A stretch of DNA of 33,747 nucleotides from Nitrososphaeria archaeon. GTDB lineage: Archaea; Thermoproteota; Nitrososphaeria; Conexivisphaerales; UBA164. Location of the stretch: contig JARVJW010000087.1 of NCBI GenBank assembly GCA_029775955.1, positions 1 to 33,747 of the forward strand, given 5' to 3'. Below, piece by piece: positions 1-10,299 of the stretch. Numbering within the stretch: the first letter of the stretch is position 1; each line of letters opens with the position of its first letter. Below the pieces are notes generated by a model. The model was not told the origin of the DNA. It ran no database searches and was given only the letters and a program-made list of their open reading frames with translations. A program made the position numbers and the translations under genes.

Positions 1-68
1 CAACTTGACACTTATGTCAACTATTTCTGTCATCACCTGATTTATAGTGTTTGTCATCAAGTGTTGTC

Positions 69-873
69 ATGCCCATTGATATATCCTGGCACGACTATAA
101 CGAAGCATTAGTGGAAAGGGGAAGCATGATCCTGTACTCCTGGAAGGAGGAGCTGCGAGAGATGAACGGCAGCAATAAGGTAGGTTCGTGTACCCGGATT
201 CGTACATCGAATTCCCCTCGTACCTCAAGGTTGGCCTTGACATACAGGACCGTACAGGGGATTACCAGGTCGCTCTCCGAATACTTTAAACCCATGCAGG
301 AAATACGCTTCACTCATATAATTATGCTGTCCATGGTGAAGAAAAGGAAGTTAGGGCCGATCATGGCTACAAATGACAAGGAGGGGCCATAGTTGTGGAC
401 TCGGCATATCCACCACAAAGAAGGGCCCCTATATAGAGCAGATGTGGAGGAGGAAGCTCATCAAGCTGCACATAATGGCCGATAGGAAGGGCAAGGTGGT
501 CGGGTTCAGGGTCACCTCTGAAAGGACCGGCGACACCAAGAAGTTCGTGCCCCTCGTAAAGGAGACAGTAAGGAAGAAGGGGAACGTAACGAAGGCCTAC
601 GCCGCCTACGACTCAAAGAAGGAGCGGCTGGGCATAGAGCCGGCCATAAACCTGAGGGAGAACGCTGTAGCCAACTCTGAGGGGTCCTATGCCAGGAAGC
701 GGGAGGTCTTTAACAGGCTAGGACGTGAGGGATGGAAGCGGGCTAAGGAGTACGGTGGCTGGTGGAGATATTCTTCTCTGTATCAAGAGGGTGACAGCGT
801 AAGCTCTAGACGATTTTAGAAGGCTGAGCTGTCGCTAAAGGTGTTACTGTACAGCAAGTTTCAGTCCATGTAG
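69..873 (+). pseudogene. IS5/ISH-type DDE transposase, disrupted by frameshifts (copy 1)
   Basis: ORFs 51-392 and 373-819 lie in different frames but together read as one transposase. The N-terminus has 'DISWHDYNEALVERGS', the W..YN..L..RG motif of IS5-group transposases. The core has 'KLHIMADRKGKVVGFRVTS..TGD' and 'KAYAAYDSK'. The C-terminal pieces 'VEIFFSV' and 'LKVLLYSKF*' appear only in other frames at about 775-873. This implies at least 3 frame changes. Confidence 0.65.
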
Positions 874-947
874 GGAAGGAAGGAACTCGCCTGCTGGACC
901 CGTCCTACGGAGAGGAATTGCATTAACAGGAGTTGGGCTACAAGCTA

Positions 948-1019
948 CCTCTACTGCGAAGGCTGATAAGTTTGTTCCCATGTTGCAAGAAGTCCCGTCC
1001 GCGGGGCTGGGTAGTTCAC
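948..1019 (+). repeat. Non-coding 3' tail of the IS5-like element, repeated at 27144-27212
   Basis: 'cctctactgcgaaggctgataag---tttgttcccatgttgcaagaag...ggtagttcac' aligns with 'cctctactgtgaaggcggataagcaagtttgttcctatgacgcaagaag...ggtaattcac' at 27144-27212. Weaker homology continues upstream (about 890-947 versus 27100-27143). Confidence 0.7.
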
Positions 1020-1029
1020 TGCGAAAAAA

Positions 1030-4000
1030 TCATATTTTTATGTAGATGTCCTTTTCATCCAAGTTCATTTTTATGAATGCCTCATCGTTTGGCTTTCCCT
1101 GATGCGAGGTCACTTTCCTGACCCTCGTTAAACCCCCAAGAACGCTCTCCACGTTATGAATTACCTCATAAAGTTCTGCATCATCGATGTAAAGTTCTGC
1201 ACTACCAATTATGTCCGTCGGGTTGTATCCCCTTTCCTTCCTAGCATACTGAATTCTTCTTGCCACATCCCTGACGTACCCTTCTTTTACAAGCCCTACA
1301 TCCCTATCTAGGCTCAGGACCACAATCGTGTTTCTGTCAGCTGCCAGTTCATAGCCCTCCTTTGGCAGGTACTTTATATCAAACATGTATGCTGGAACAG
1401 TATATTTTCCAGCAACAACAAAACCAGTCATTATTATCTGTTCAATTAGGCTGCCCTCAGGAGTGCTTTGAATGGCTTTTTCCACATCAAGGGCCTCCCT
1501 TTTGAATGCCCTTCCAAGCTCCCCCTTCCTGACAGTAACCATAATGTCGATTGGCAGTTCACCCGGCGTTTTAACTGCAATTATTTCTTTCACATTTGAC
1601 AATTGGCTAATCAGTTCAAAATGTGATTTATTCATGCCCTCCTTGGAGAAGAGGAGCATTTTATTTAACGGCCACCTCCTCTTGAGCCTGGCCTTCATCC
1701 TTGCGCTGTTGGACAATGACACGATGTTCCATACAAAACTGTACTTATCTATCAACGACCTGTCTACTAATGCTGAATCAATGGGCTCAAATCCATAAAC
1801 AATTATCGATTCCCTTGCCCCAAATGTGCTTTCAAAAATGCTGTCAGTCAAATAGGGTGCAATCGGATGCAACAGTATATCCAATGACCTGAGCAGCTTT
1901 CCCATGGTCCAGTAAATTCCATTTCTCCTTTCGCTCATTTCCAGCGAATCGTCCCACAGTTCGTTCCTTATTGTTGGCACGTACTTTTGGCTCAGTTCCT
2001 CTATTAGAAATCTATCCAGTATCCTTACCATTTCGTTTATTTTTCTCTTTTCATAAAACTCCATGTAGCTTTTGACAACTTCGCTGAGTTCGCTGATTAT
2101 CCATCTTTCCTTCTCGGAAATTTTTCCCCTGTTTTCCTCAGACCATCTGTATCCATCGTACTTCGAATTTATTGAATAGTATATATGAAGGTTGTTAAGC
2201 GTGTTCAGTATCTGATAGGGCCTTTCCATCATTTCTTTTCTGTCAAAATTAAGCGTATCTATTGGGCTTGCCTTCCATATTAGGTATAGCCTCACAAGGT
2301 CAGCTGGGTACTTGCTGAGAATGTCTCTTGCGTAAATTACATTGCCCTTGCTCTTGCTCATTTTCTCCCCCTTTTCGTCAACAACATGGCCAGTAAATAG
2401 AAATGACCTATATGGCGACTTGCCATTTAACACCACACCCTCGATCAGGAGGGTATAGGCCCATCCCCGTGTCTGGTCTATAGCTTCTGTTAGGAATTCT
2501 GCAGGCACCAAACTGCTATATTCTTCTTTGTTAAGTGAGGCATATGGCGCCGCCCCGCTGTTGTGCCAGGTGTCCAGGACAAATGGCTCCCTGTATGCAC
2601 TTCCACCGCAATATGGGCATTTAATAATCACCCTATCTATCCATGGCTTGTGAAGCTCAAAGTCCACACCATCAGGGAGGCTTACCGCGTTGCCTATTAT
2701 TTCCTTCTTACTGAAGAGATAAATCTTCTTACCACAGTTTTTGCAAACCCATACTGGCAGGGGCGTGCCCCAAACCCTCTCCCTGCTTATACACCAGGGC
2801 TTCCTCTCCCTTATTATGTCAAGAAACCTGTTCTTTGGTTGTTCGTAAAAATATTCAACCTTGGAAGCTTGGTCCAGCGCTAGTTCCCCTATCTTTCCTA
2901 TGTCGTAAAAGTACTCCTTCCTGGCAACATATATAAGCTTGTGTCCAGACCTCCAGCATGTGGGATATGAGTGCTTTATTTTACCGTATTTAACCAGAAG
3001 CCCCTTACCCTTAAGGTCTTCAGCTATTATATCATCGGCGTCTCTTACAAATAACCCGGTATATTTTCCCGCCTGGTCGGTGAATCTCACCTGGTCGTCT
3101 ATTGGATTAAATACCGGCAAATTTCTCTTTTTGCCAACTTCGAAATCATCTTCGCCATTTGCTGGGCTGAGATGCACTATGCCACTTCCAGCAGCAACAT
3201 CTACGAATTCCTCAGCCAGGACAAAGTGAGCCTTTCCTTCCTCAAACATCTTTTTCTGAGCCGGAATCTGTTCAAGGAGAGGAGGCACATACCTGTTACC
3301 TTCAAGTTCGCTGCCCTTAAAATCACCCAATATCACCGGTTCGATTTTCACTGTTTTTATGAACGAGTCAAGTGAAGTGCTGCCTACAAGCCAAGTTTCA
3401 TTCCCTACCTTTAATTTTTTGTATATCTCATCAGGATTAACTGCAACAGCCTCATCAGTTACAATTGTAAAAGGCATAGTTGTCCAAACTATAAGGTATA
3501 GGTCCTTGTCCATAAGCTTTACTTTATAGAACAGGCTGGGGTCTGTTACTTCCTTGTAACCCAGGGCAACTTCGCTGTTGCTCAAGCTTGTCTGGCAGCT
3601 TGGGCAGTACGCTACAACCCTGTAGTCCTCATAAAGCAGACCCTTTTCATTTGCAGCCTTCAGTATTTCCCATTCCCTTTCAATGTACTCATCATGGTAG
3701 GTCCAGTATGCCAAGCTATAATCGAACATCATGCCAAGCGCATGGTCTGCTATTACCCATGATTCATTGTATTTGTGCACTACTTCCTTGCACTTTTTTA
3801 CTAATTCATCCTCACCAATCCTGCTGAGAACCTGATTTTTGTTGCCGGTTATGCCCAATTCTTTTTCTGCCTCCAGCTCCACTGGAAGCCCCTGCGTATC
3901 CCAACCGGCCCTGAAAACTACCCTTTTCCCCTTTAGCACCTCAATCCTGTAAAACATATCCTTAATTACTCGCCCCCTGACGTGGCCTATGTGAGGTTCG

Positions 4001-4140
4001 CCGTTCATTGTCGGAGGTCCCTCAATGAATCCCACAGCTTTCCTGCTAGTGTTATCAACAATAGCTCGTGCCCTTTTCCACTTCTCCCACTGCACACGCT
4101 GCATATTTTCGAAATTATCCAGCAAATTTGATGATTGCAA
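1030..4140 (-). CDS. ileS: Isoleucyl-tRNA synthetase (class I aaRS)
   Basis: 1036-aa ORF. It has the HIGH motif 'PHIGHVRG', the KMSKS motif 'KMSKSKGN', 'GWDTQGLPVE' and 'WCISRERVWGTPLPVW' (IleRS-type CP1/Zn region), and an archaeal IleRS length. Confidence 0.88.
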   Translation of the reverse strand: MQSSNLLDNFENMQRVQWEKWKRARAIVDNTSRKAVGFIEGPPTMNGEPHIGHVRGRVIKDMFYRIEVLKGKRVVFRAGWDTQGLPVELEAEKELGITGNKNQVLSRIGEDELVKKCKEVVHKYNESWVIADHALGMMFDYSLAYWTYHDEYIEREWEILKAANEKGLLYEDYRVVAYCPSCQTSLSNSEVALGYKEVTDPSLFYKVKLMDKDLYLIVWTTMPFTIVTDEAVAVNPDEIYKKLKVGNETWLVGSTSLDSFIKTVKIEPVILGDFKGSELEGNRYVPPLLEQIPAQKKMFEEGKAHFVLAEEFVDVAAGSGIVHLSPANGEDDFEVGKKRNLPVFNPIDDQVRFTDQAGKYTGLFVRDADDIIAEDLKGKGLLVKYGKIKHSYPTCWRSGHKLIYVARKEYFYDIGKIGELALDQASKVEYFYEQPKNRFLDIIRERKPWCISRERVWGTPLPVWVCKNCGKKIYLFSKKEIIGNAVSLPDGVDFELHKPWIDRVIIKCPYCGGSAYREPFVLDTWHNSGAAPYASLNKEEYSSLVPAEFLTEAIDQTRGWAYTLLIEGVVLNGKSPYRSFLFTGHVVDEKGEKMSKSKGNVIYARDILSKYPADLVRLYLIWKASPIDTLNFDRKEMMERPYQILNTLNNLHIYYSINSKYDGYRWSEENRGKISEKERWIISELSEVVKSYMEFYEKRKINEMVRILDRFLIEELSQKYVPTIRNELWDDSLEMSERRNGIYWTMGKLLRSLDILLHPIAPYLTDSIFESTFGARESIIVYGFEPIDSALVDRSLIDKYSFVWNIVSLSNSARMKARLKRRWPLNKMLLFSKEGMNKSHFELISQLSNVKEIIAVKTPGELPIDIMVTVRKGELGRAFKREALDVEKAIQSTPEGSLIEQIIMTGFVVAGKYTVPAYMFDIKYLPKEGYELAADRNTIVVLSLDRDVGLVKEGYVRDVARRIQYARKERGYNPTDIIGSAELYIDDAELYEVIHNVESVLGGLTRVRKVTSHQGKPNDEAFIKMNLDEKDIYIKI

Positions 4141-4164
4141 TTTTATCTCTTATAACCTAGCTGA

Positions 4165-4173
4165 TTTAAAAAT
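4165..4173 (-). promoter_or_regulatory. TATA-like box for ileS
   Basis: The minus strand reads 'tttttaaat', 25-33 nt upstream of the ileS ATG (4140). This is typical archaeal TATA spacing for a short or leaderless 5' UTR. Confidence 0.35.
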
Positions 4174-4186
4174 ATTTGCAGTTCAC

Positions 4187-4324
4187 TGCTTTGTTGCATT
4201 AATTAAAAGTTGGGCTAATTATTTAAAAATTAGGATAAATTACCCATTTAAAATAAATAATTCCTTTAATTTAAATTTAGAACTATTAACAAATTAACTA
4301 TTTTTTGATATATGCAACAAAGCA
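4187..4324. mobile_element. MITE-like 138-bp non-autonomous element (13-bp perfect TIRs, 8-bp TSD)
   Basis: 'tgctttgttgcat' at 4187-4199 is the exact reverse complement of 'atgcaacaaagca' at 4312-4324. Both are flanked directly by the direct repeat 'cagttcac' (4179-4186 and 4325-4332). The interior is AT-rich and non-coding. Confidence 0.6.
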
Positions 4325-4328
4325 CAGT

Positions 4329-6740
4329 TCACTTGCTGGTCAGCTTTTTAAGCATAATTATTTTTATGAAATCATTCACGATTAACGAGAATATCACTGA
4401 AAATCCTATGACGTACAGAACATCGATCGCGGGGATTGGTGCCAGCCCTGGAATTCCTGTAATTGATATTGTGCTACTTAAAATTATGTCTGCAATGATT
4501 GCCCCCAGCAGCACGTTGCTTGGCTTGGAGCTCCAGAAATGACCCCTCTCTCTCACGACAAATATGGTGAACATCCCGGAAAGCAGCAGTATGTCAAACC
4601 CAAATGTATGCAGCCTGCTTAAATTGCTCAACAGGCCAAAATATTTTATCCCCAGGTATTCCATCAGCAGAGATTCAAGTACAACGGCTATGCCCAAAAT
4701 TATTGAAACCCTAACCAGCCAGTTTACATCCCACCTGTCCGGCTTCTTTGACCACCTAACATGATCAGTTGAAATGGATAATGTTACAAAATCTATCAGG
4801 AACAGCAGGAGCAGCACGTCAAAGGTTCCAACTATAAATTTACCCCATATGAAAAATGCGGCAACTACGAATACAACTATCTGAAACACTTTAACTACCT
4901 TGTTAAATATCCAAGTAACTATTCTCTGGAATATCATCCTTCCGATTTTTACCAAGTCCACTATGTTGATTAGGCCATCTTGTGTGAGCACTACGCTGGC
5001 CGCTCCTTTGGCCACATCCGTAGCGCTATTTACCGCTATGCCAACTTCTGCCTGCCTTAATGCAGGCGCATCATTTACTCCATCTCCTGTCATGCCGATT
5101 ATGTGCTTTTTGAGCTGCAACGATTTGACGATCTTGTACTTATCTTCAGGGTATATTTCTGCAAAGCCGTCACTTTTTTCTATAACCTCTGCCAGCTTTG
5201 TTTCATCTGTTATTTTTCTAAACTCAGGTGCTTCAGCCACATTATCCCCAAGCCCCACAAGGCTTGCCATCCTTCTGGCAATTGGTGCCGCATCGCCAGT
5301 CAGCATTTTTACAGCAACGCCTAAGCTTCTTAACTCTGTAATCAGTTTTGATGAATCAGCCCTAGGCTTATCATAAAGACCAACAACTCCCACAAGCTCA
5401 GTTTTGTTTCCATCAATTAAACCAACGCCAAGGCTCCTGTATCCATTATTGGCCATCTTATCAACTGCATCATTGACCTGCTCCTGCATCCCTTTGTCCA
5501 TCTGACACAGCTGTGATATGATATTGACAGCCCCCTTTAAAATTTTGATTTCATGGCCATCAAAATTTACTGTCGCTTCAGTTCTTTTTGTAGCCGGGTC
5601 AAATGGAACAAACTGCTTTACAGTATATTTAGAAAAATTCAGATTCCTGCTTTTTGCATTATTAATGAATGCCATGTCTATTGGGTCCTGGTTGGCTTCC
5701 TCAGAGGCAAGTGTGCCGTATACAATTACGTCATCCTGAGTGTGGCCGTTCAGGGGCACAATATCAACTACTGATAGTGTGTTGTGAGTTATGGTTCCGG
5801 TCTTATCAACACACAGCGTATCCATGCTTGCGGCATCTTCTGATGCGCTTAGCCTAGTCACAAGCACGCCTTTTTTTGAGAGTTCCATTGAACCCAGGGC
5901 CATGGTTATTGTGAACATGGCAGGCAGCGCAACCGGTATTGCAGATACAATAAGGACAAGTGCCAGAGGCAAAAGGTCAAACAGGTTCTGCCCCTTTAAT
6001 ACGGAAAATGCAAGTGCAGCTCCTAGCAAAATAATAACTATGACAAGTAACCACTTTACTACCTGCGAGATTACCTCTTCCATGTGTAGCTTTGGTTTAG
6101 CTATCCTCACTAGTTCCGTTGTTTTCCCGAAAAATGTGCGAGGCCCTGTGCCAACAACCACTCCAGTTATTTCTCCCCTCTTGATAACTGAGCCGGAGAA
6201 TACCTGGTCCTCCTTTTCCTTGGAGACAGTCAAAGATTCTCCTGTAAGGGCTGATTGGTCAACTTCGACGTTACCTTCTATTATCCTCACGTCAGCGGGG
6301 ACAAAGTCCCCTGCCCTAACCCTTATTATATCTCCAGGAACAAGCTCCCTTGCCGAAACTGATTTCCAAGCTCCACCCCTTATCACCTTGGTCATCACGT
6401 GCAGTTTCTGCTTTAGCGCCTCAAGGGCAGAGCTGGCCCTCTGTTCCTGCGCGAATCCCAAAATGACGTTTAGAAGCAGCAAGCCGGTTACGACATAAAA
6501 ATCCAGGTCCCTGTGGAGAACAAGGGTAAGCACCATAGTGATTTCGAGCATCCACGAAGTGAGCCCCCAGAATTTTTTTGCTAAACGCTTTATCGATGAT
6601 TGCTTCTTTTCTTCTATTTCATTATACCCATATTGCTCAATGCGCTTTTTAATTTCGTCCTCTGAAAGGCCTTTATTCACATCGGTGTTCAGTTCAATTA
6701 TAACATCCTTGACCGGTTTTGGTGTATTATTGGAGCTCAT
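4329..6740 (-). CDS. P-type ATPase, plasma-membrane H+-ATPase-like (type IIIA)
   Basis: 803-aa ORF with 'LTGES', the phosphorylation site 'CVDKTGTITHN' and the hinge 'MTGDGVNDAPALRQAEVGIAV'. The N-terminal 'GLSEDEIKKRIEQYGYNEIEEKK' and the membrane-helix layout are typical of H+-pumping type-III enzymes. Confidence 0.8.
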   Translation of the reverse strand: MSSNNTPKPVKDVIIELNTDVNKGLSEDEIKKRIEQYGYNEIEEKKQSSIKRLAKKFWGLTSWMLEITMVLTLVLHRDLDFYVVTGLLLLNVILGFAQEQRASSALEALKQKLHVMTKVIRGGAWKSVSARELVPGDIIRVRAGDFVPADVRIIEGNVEVDQSALTGESLTVSKEKEDQVFSGSVIKRGEITGVVVGTGPRTFFGKTTELVRIAKPKLHMEEVISQVVKWLLVIVIILLGAALAFSVLKGQNLFDLLPLALVLIVSAIPVALPAMFTITMALGSMELSKKGVLVTRLSASEDAASMDTLCVDKTGTITHNTLSVVDIVPLNGHTQDDVIVYGTLASEEANQDPIDMAFINNAKSRNLNFSKYTVKQFVPFDPATKRTEATVNFDGHEIKILKGAVNIISQLCQMDKGMQEQVNDAVDKMANNGYRSLGVGLIDGNKTELVGVVGLYDKPRADSSKLITELRSLGVAVKMLTGDAAPIARRMASLVGLGDNVAEAPEFRKITDETKLAEVIEKSDGFAEIYPEDKYKIVKSLQLKKHIIGMTGDGVNDAPALRQAEVGIAVNSATDVAKGAASVVLTQDGLINIVDLVKIGRMIFQRIVTWIFNKVVKVFQIVVFVVAAFFIWGKFIVGTFDVLLLLFLIDFVTLSISTDHVRWSKKPDRWDVNWLVRVSIILGIAVVLESLLMEYLGIKYFGLLSNLSRLHTFGFDILLLSGMFTIFVVRERGHFWSSKPSNVLLGAIIADIILSSTISITGIPGLAPIPAIDVLYVIGFSVIFSLIVNDFIKIIMLKKLTSK

Positions 6741-6806
6741 TGACGCAACCTTACCATTTTAATATTATTTATTTGTTGTCAAAAAATCATGCAGTTATTT
6801 AGGCCT

Positions 6807-7889
6807 TCAGTTGCTTTTGATTGTTCGCCTAAGTTCTTCCAGCAACTCCCTTTGCCTATCATTCAAATTAGTTGGCATAACCACCTTCACCTTAAAAATT
6901 AGGTCCCCTCTGCCAAGTCCGTGTGGCTTCGGTAATCCTTTCCCCCTTACCCTGATCACATCATCGGACTGCGTATACGGCTTTATCTTCAGTTTAATTT
7001 TTTCACCGTTCAATCCCTCTACTTCAATTTCATTTCCCAAAATTGAATCCAGAAAATTTACGCTCAAGGTTGCGATCAGGTCCTGCCTGTCCTTCCTGAA
7101 TATCTGGTTAGGTAAGATGTGCACCATAAGGTAAAGGTCACCACGCCTTCCGTTACCATAATTGCCCTCGCCCTTGATCCTGAGCTGGTCGCCGTCCTCT
7201 ACACCTGCGGGTATTTTGACCTCTATTTTTACATTTTTCCTGACCTTGCCTGTGCCTCCGCATGCCCTGCATGGCTTATCTGCAATTTTTCCAGTCCCAT
7301 GACACCTTTCACATGTGCTAACCGTTACGAAACTTGCGAAGCCAGCCCTCTTTACAACCCTCTTCTGACCGGTCCCATTGCATTCAGGGCATGTCACCCA
7401 CCTTCCGCCAGCCTCAAGGCCTGTGCCTTTACATACAGGGCACGGATCAACTCTGTCAATCTCTATTATTTTAGGCCTATCTGACATAAGGTCCTCAAGT
7501 GTCAGGTCCAGGTCATAGCCTATATCCAGGCTTTCCTGCCTGTATCCACTAAAATTTCCAAAGAAATTCTTGAATATGTCATCAAAATTAAATCCAAATC
7601 CTCTGAATACATCATCAAAATTTACGTTTCTGAAAAGGTCCTCCTCTGAGTACTGTGCATGTATGCCTTCTTCCCCGTACATGTCGTATTTCTTTCTCTT
7701 TTCTTGGTCTGAAAGGACTGCATAAGCTTCAGTTATCTCTTTAAATTTTTCTTCTGCGTCCCTTGATTTATTTACATCGGGATGGTATTTTAGTGCTAAT
7801 TTTCTGTAGGCGTTTTTGATCTCCTCTTGGCTTGCGCTTTTAGAAACCCCAAGTATTTCGTAATAGTCCTTCTTTCTCTGATAACTCAT
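6807..7889 (-). CDS. dnaJ: Chaperone DnaJ (Hsp40)
   Basis: J-domain 'DYYEILGV...[11 protein letters not shown]', a G/F-rich linker and four CxxCxGxG zinc-finger repeats ([32 protein letters not shown]). Confidence 0.95.
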   Translation of the reverse strand: MSYQRKKDYYEILGVSKSASQEEIKNAYRKLALKYHPDVNKSRDAEEKFKEITEAYAVLSDQEKRKKYDMYGEEGIHAQYSEEDLFRNVNFDDVFRGFGFNFDDIFKNFFGNFSGYRQESLDIGYDLDLTLEDLMSDRPKIIEIDRVDPCPVCKGTGLEAGGRWVTCPECNGTGQKRVVKRAGFASFVTVSTCERCHGTGKIADKPCRACGGTGKVRKNVKIEVKIPAGVEDGDQLRIKGEGNYGNGRRGDLYLMVHILPNQIFRKDRQDLIATLSVNFLDSILGNEIEVEGLNGEKIKLKIKPYTQSDDVIRVRGKGLPKPHGLGRGDLIFKVKVVMPTNLNDRQRELLEELRRTIKSN

Positions 7890-7895
7890 TCAGAG

Positions 7896-9755
7896 TCAGG
7901 ACACCTTTTCGCCGCTTACATCATAGGTTTTTTTATTATCTTCCGGTGATTGCTGCGCATTAGCCTGCTGACCTGCAGCCTGCTGGGAGCTTGACTGATA
8001 CATGTTGGAACCTATTTTTCCCATAAGTGATTTTATGCTTTCGATTTTTAACTTTATTGCCTCGGAATCATTTCCTTTGAGCGTTTCGCTTAACTCATTC
8101 TCAGCCTGTTCCAGGCTTTTAGCGTCAGGCTCGCTTATTTTGTCCTTCATGTCTGACCTCATTTTCCTTGAGGTGTACAAAAGCGTGTCAGCCTCATTTT
8201 TTAGCGTTGCTAGCTCTAGTTTTTTCTTGTCCTGCTCTGCATATTCCTCTGCCTCTTTAATCATTTTTTTCTTTTCATCTTCTGAAAGCCTCATTCTTGA
8301 TGTTATGGTTATTTTTGATTCCTTTCCACTTGCAGTGTCCTTGGCTGATACATGTAATATGCCGTTTGCATCAATGTCAAATGTCACTTCAATCTTTGGA
8401 ACACCACGCGGGGCAGGAGGTATACCGTCTAAGTTGAACATTCCTAATGATACATTATCTGCCGCCATAGCCCTTTCACCCTGGAGCACGTGTATCGTTA
8501 CCGTGGTCTGGAAGTCAGCTGCAGTAGTAAATATCTCAGACCTTTTTGTTGGAATTGTTGTATTCTTTTCAATCAACTTGGTAAATATTCCGCCAAGCGT
8601 CTCCACTCCTAATGATACTGGTGTTACATCAAGCAATACTATGTTTTTTATCTCACCTGCAAGGACTGCCCCCTGTATTGCTGCACCTATGGCCACAGCC
8701 TCCATGGGGTCTACACCCCTTTCTGCAGGTTTACCCATGGTGTCCTCCACGAACTTCCTCACCAGTGGCATTCTTGTCATCCCTCCTATCAGTATTACCT
8801 TATTTATGTTCTCAGGGGTGAGCTTTGCGTCTGAAAGCACTCTATCTATTGTTGGCTTTATTTTTTTTACAAGTGGCATTGCCAGCTCTTCCAGTTTGGC
8901 TCTGGTAAGGGTGTAATGCATATGCTTTGGCTGGCCGTTAACGGTCGCTATGAACGGAAGGTCGATGTCAGTAGTCAGCAAATTTGAAAGCTCTATCTTG
9001 GCCTTTTCCGCAGCCTCTCTTAACCTCATCATTGCCATTGTATCTGAATGTAGGTCTATGCCCGTATTTTTCCTAAATTCTTCCAGGAGGTAGTTCACCA
9101 GCGCCTTGTCTATATCCGAACCCCCTGTTTCATTATCACCACTGGTGGCCAATACCTGAAACACACCACCCCCAAATTCCATTATTGTTGCATCGTGAGT
9201 TCCACCGCCAAAACTGAATACGAGAATTTTCATTTCACTTTCCTGCTTGTCAATGCCGAAGGCCAGGCATGCCGCAGTTGGTTCATTGATTATCCTCATA
9301 ACTTCAAGCCCAGCTATTTCTGCGGCATCCTTCGTGGCCTGCCTCTGATTGTCATTAAAGTGAGCTGGAACGGTTATTACTGCCTTCTTAACAGGATATC
9401 CTAAATAGGTTTCTGCATCCTTTTTTATCTTTTGCAGAATAAATGACGAAATCTGCTGCGGGCTAAATTCTTTACCATAGATTTTGAATTTAAAATCTAG
9501 GCCCATTTTTCTCTTCGCTTCAAATATTGTCCCATCAGGATTAGTGACAGCCTGTCTCTTTGCGGATTCGCCTACAAGCAGCTGGTTGTCCTTCGTAAAT
9601 GCAACAACCGATGGAAACATCTTTCCAGCAATTGTAGGTCCCTCAGCGCTAGGTATTATTAAGGGCCTTCCCCCCTCCATTATGGCAGCAGCTGAATTAG
9701 TAGTGCCTAAATCTATGCCAATGATCTTTTCCTTTTGACCCTGCGAAGATGCCAT
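7896..9755 (-). CDS. dnaK: Chaperone DnaK (Hsp70)
   Basis: 619-aa ORF with '[10 protein letters not shown]', '[10 protein letters not shown]', 'DLGGGT'-type 'FSFGGGTHD' and '[10 protein letters not shown]'. It sits 6 nt upstream of dnaJ. Confidence 0.97.
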   Translation of the reverse strand: MASSQGQKEKIIGIDLGTTNSAAAIMEGGRPLIIPSAEGPTIAGKMFPSVVAFTKDNQLLVGESAKRQAVTNPDGTIFEAKRKMGLDFKFKIYGKEFSPQQISSFILQKIKKDAETYLGYPVKKAVITVPAHFNDNQRQATKDAAEIAGLEVMRIINEPTAACLAFGIDKQESEMKILVFSFGGGTHDATIMEFGGGVFQVLATSGDNETGGSDIDKALVNYLLEEFRKNTGIDLHSDTMAMMRLREAAEKAKIELSNLLTTDIDLPFIATVNGQPKHMHYTLTRAKLEELAMPLVKKIKPTIDRVLSDAKLTPENINKVILIGGMTRMPLVRKFVEDTMGKPAERGVDPMEAVAIGAAIQGAVLAGEIKNIVLLDVTPVSLGVETLGGIFTKLIEKNTTIPTKRSEIFTTAADFQTTVTIHVLQGERAMAADNVSLGMFNLDGIPPAPRGVPKIEVTFDIDANGILHVSAKDTASGKESKITITSRMRLSEDEKKKMIKEAEEYAEQDKKKLELATLKNEADTLLYTSRKMRSDMKDKISEPDAKSLEQAENELSETLKGNDSEAIKLKIESIKSLMGKIGSNMYQSSSQQAAGQQANAQQSPEDNKKTYDVSGEKVS

Positions 9756-9757
9756 TT

Positions 9758-10276
9758 TTAATCACCCTTTATTACTCCCACTTTAACCACAGCTGCCCTT
9801 ATCAGCTTTCTTTTTACCATATAACCTTTTCTTAAAACTTCCACTACAGATCCTTCGAGCTTTGGATCGTCAACGTGTACCGTTGATATAGCTGCGTGAA
9901 ATGAGGGATCAAATCTCTTCCCTTCAGGGTTAATGGAGGTTACCCCCAGATTTTCCAGCTTTTTATAAAATTTAGATATAATTATACCTAGGCCGTCAAC
10001 GAATTCACCGTTATTGACTTTATCCTTTGCCCTTTGATAAGTAATCTCTAGCTCATCAAGAATTTCTAGCATTTCTGATATAACTTCAATTTCTTTTTTT
10101 TCAACAAGCTCCTCTGTGTTCCTCTTGCTCCTGTTTGTAAAATTCTCAAAATCTGCCTGCAGGTACAACAGCTTTGAACTTAAATCGTTCTTTTCCATTA
10201 TAGCCCTCTTTAAGGCATCCCTCAGTTGATTTATTACTTCATTACATCTTTTTGCGTCTTTGATCATGAGCTGCAT
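9758..10276 (-). CDS. grpE: Nucleotide exchange factor GrpE
   Basis: 172-aa ORF with '[16 protein letters not shown]', '[10 protein letters not shown]' and '[17 protein letters not shown]'. It lies 2 nt upstream of dnaK, giving a grpE-dnaK-dnaJ operon. Confidence 0.9.
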   Translation of the reverse strand: MQLMIKDAKRCNEVINQLRDALKRAIMEKNDLSSKLLYLQADFENFTNRSKRNTEELVEKKEIEVISEMLEILDELEITYQRAKDKVNNGEFVDGLGIIISKFYKKLENLGVTSINPEGKRFDPSFHAAISTVHVDDPKLEGSVVEVLRKGYMVKRKLIRAAVVKVGVIKGD

Positions 10277-10299
10277 AAACAGCTTAATCCTGAAAATTT

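Noticed and set aside
4141-4328. Iterated 'atttaaaa' motifs in the ATPase-ileS spacer as a repeat array.
   Set aside because: This is low-complexity AT-rich sequence with irregular spacing. It is better explained as the interior of the MITE-like element plus TATA and oligo-T signals.
8002-8916. 304-aa ORF on the + strand inside dnaK. Similar long antisense ORFs occur at 5791-6498, 4900-5376, 20977-21537, 30661-31119, 12241-12594 and 1472-1798.
   Set aside because: All lie antisense to genes with unambiguous family motifs. They have low-complexity Ser/Leu/Phe-rich sequences with no recognisable domains, so they are shadow ORFs.
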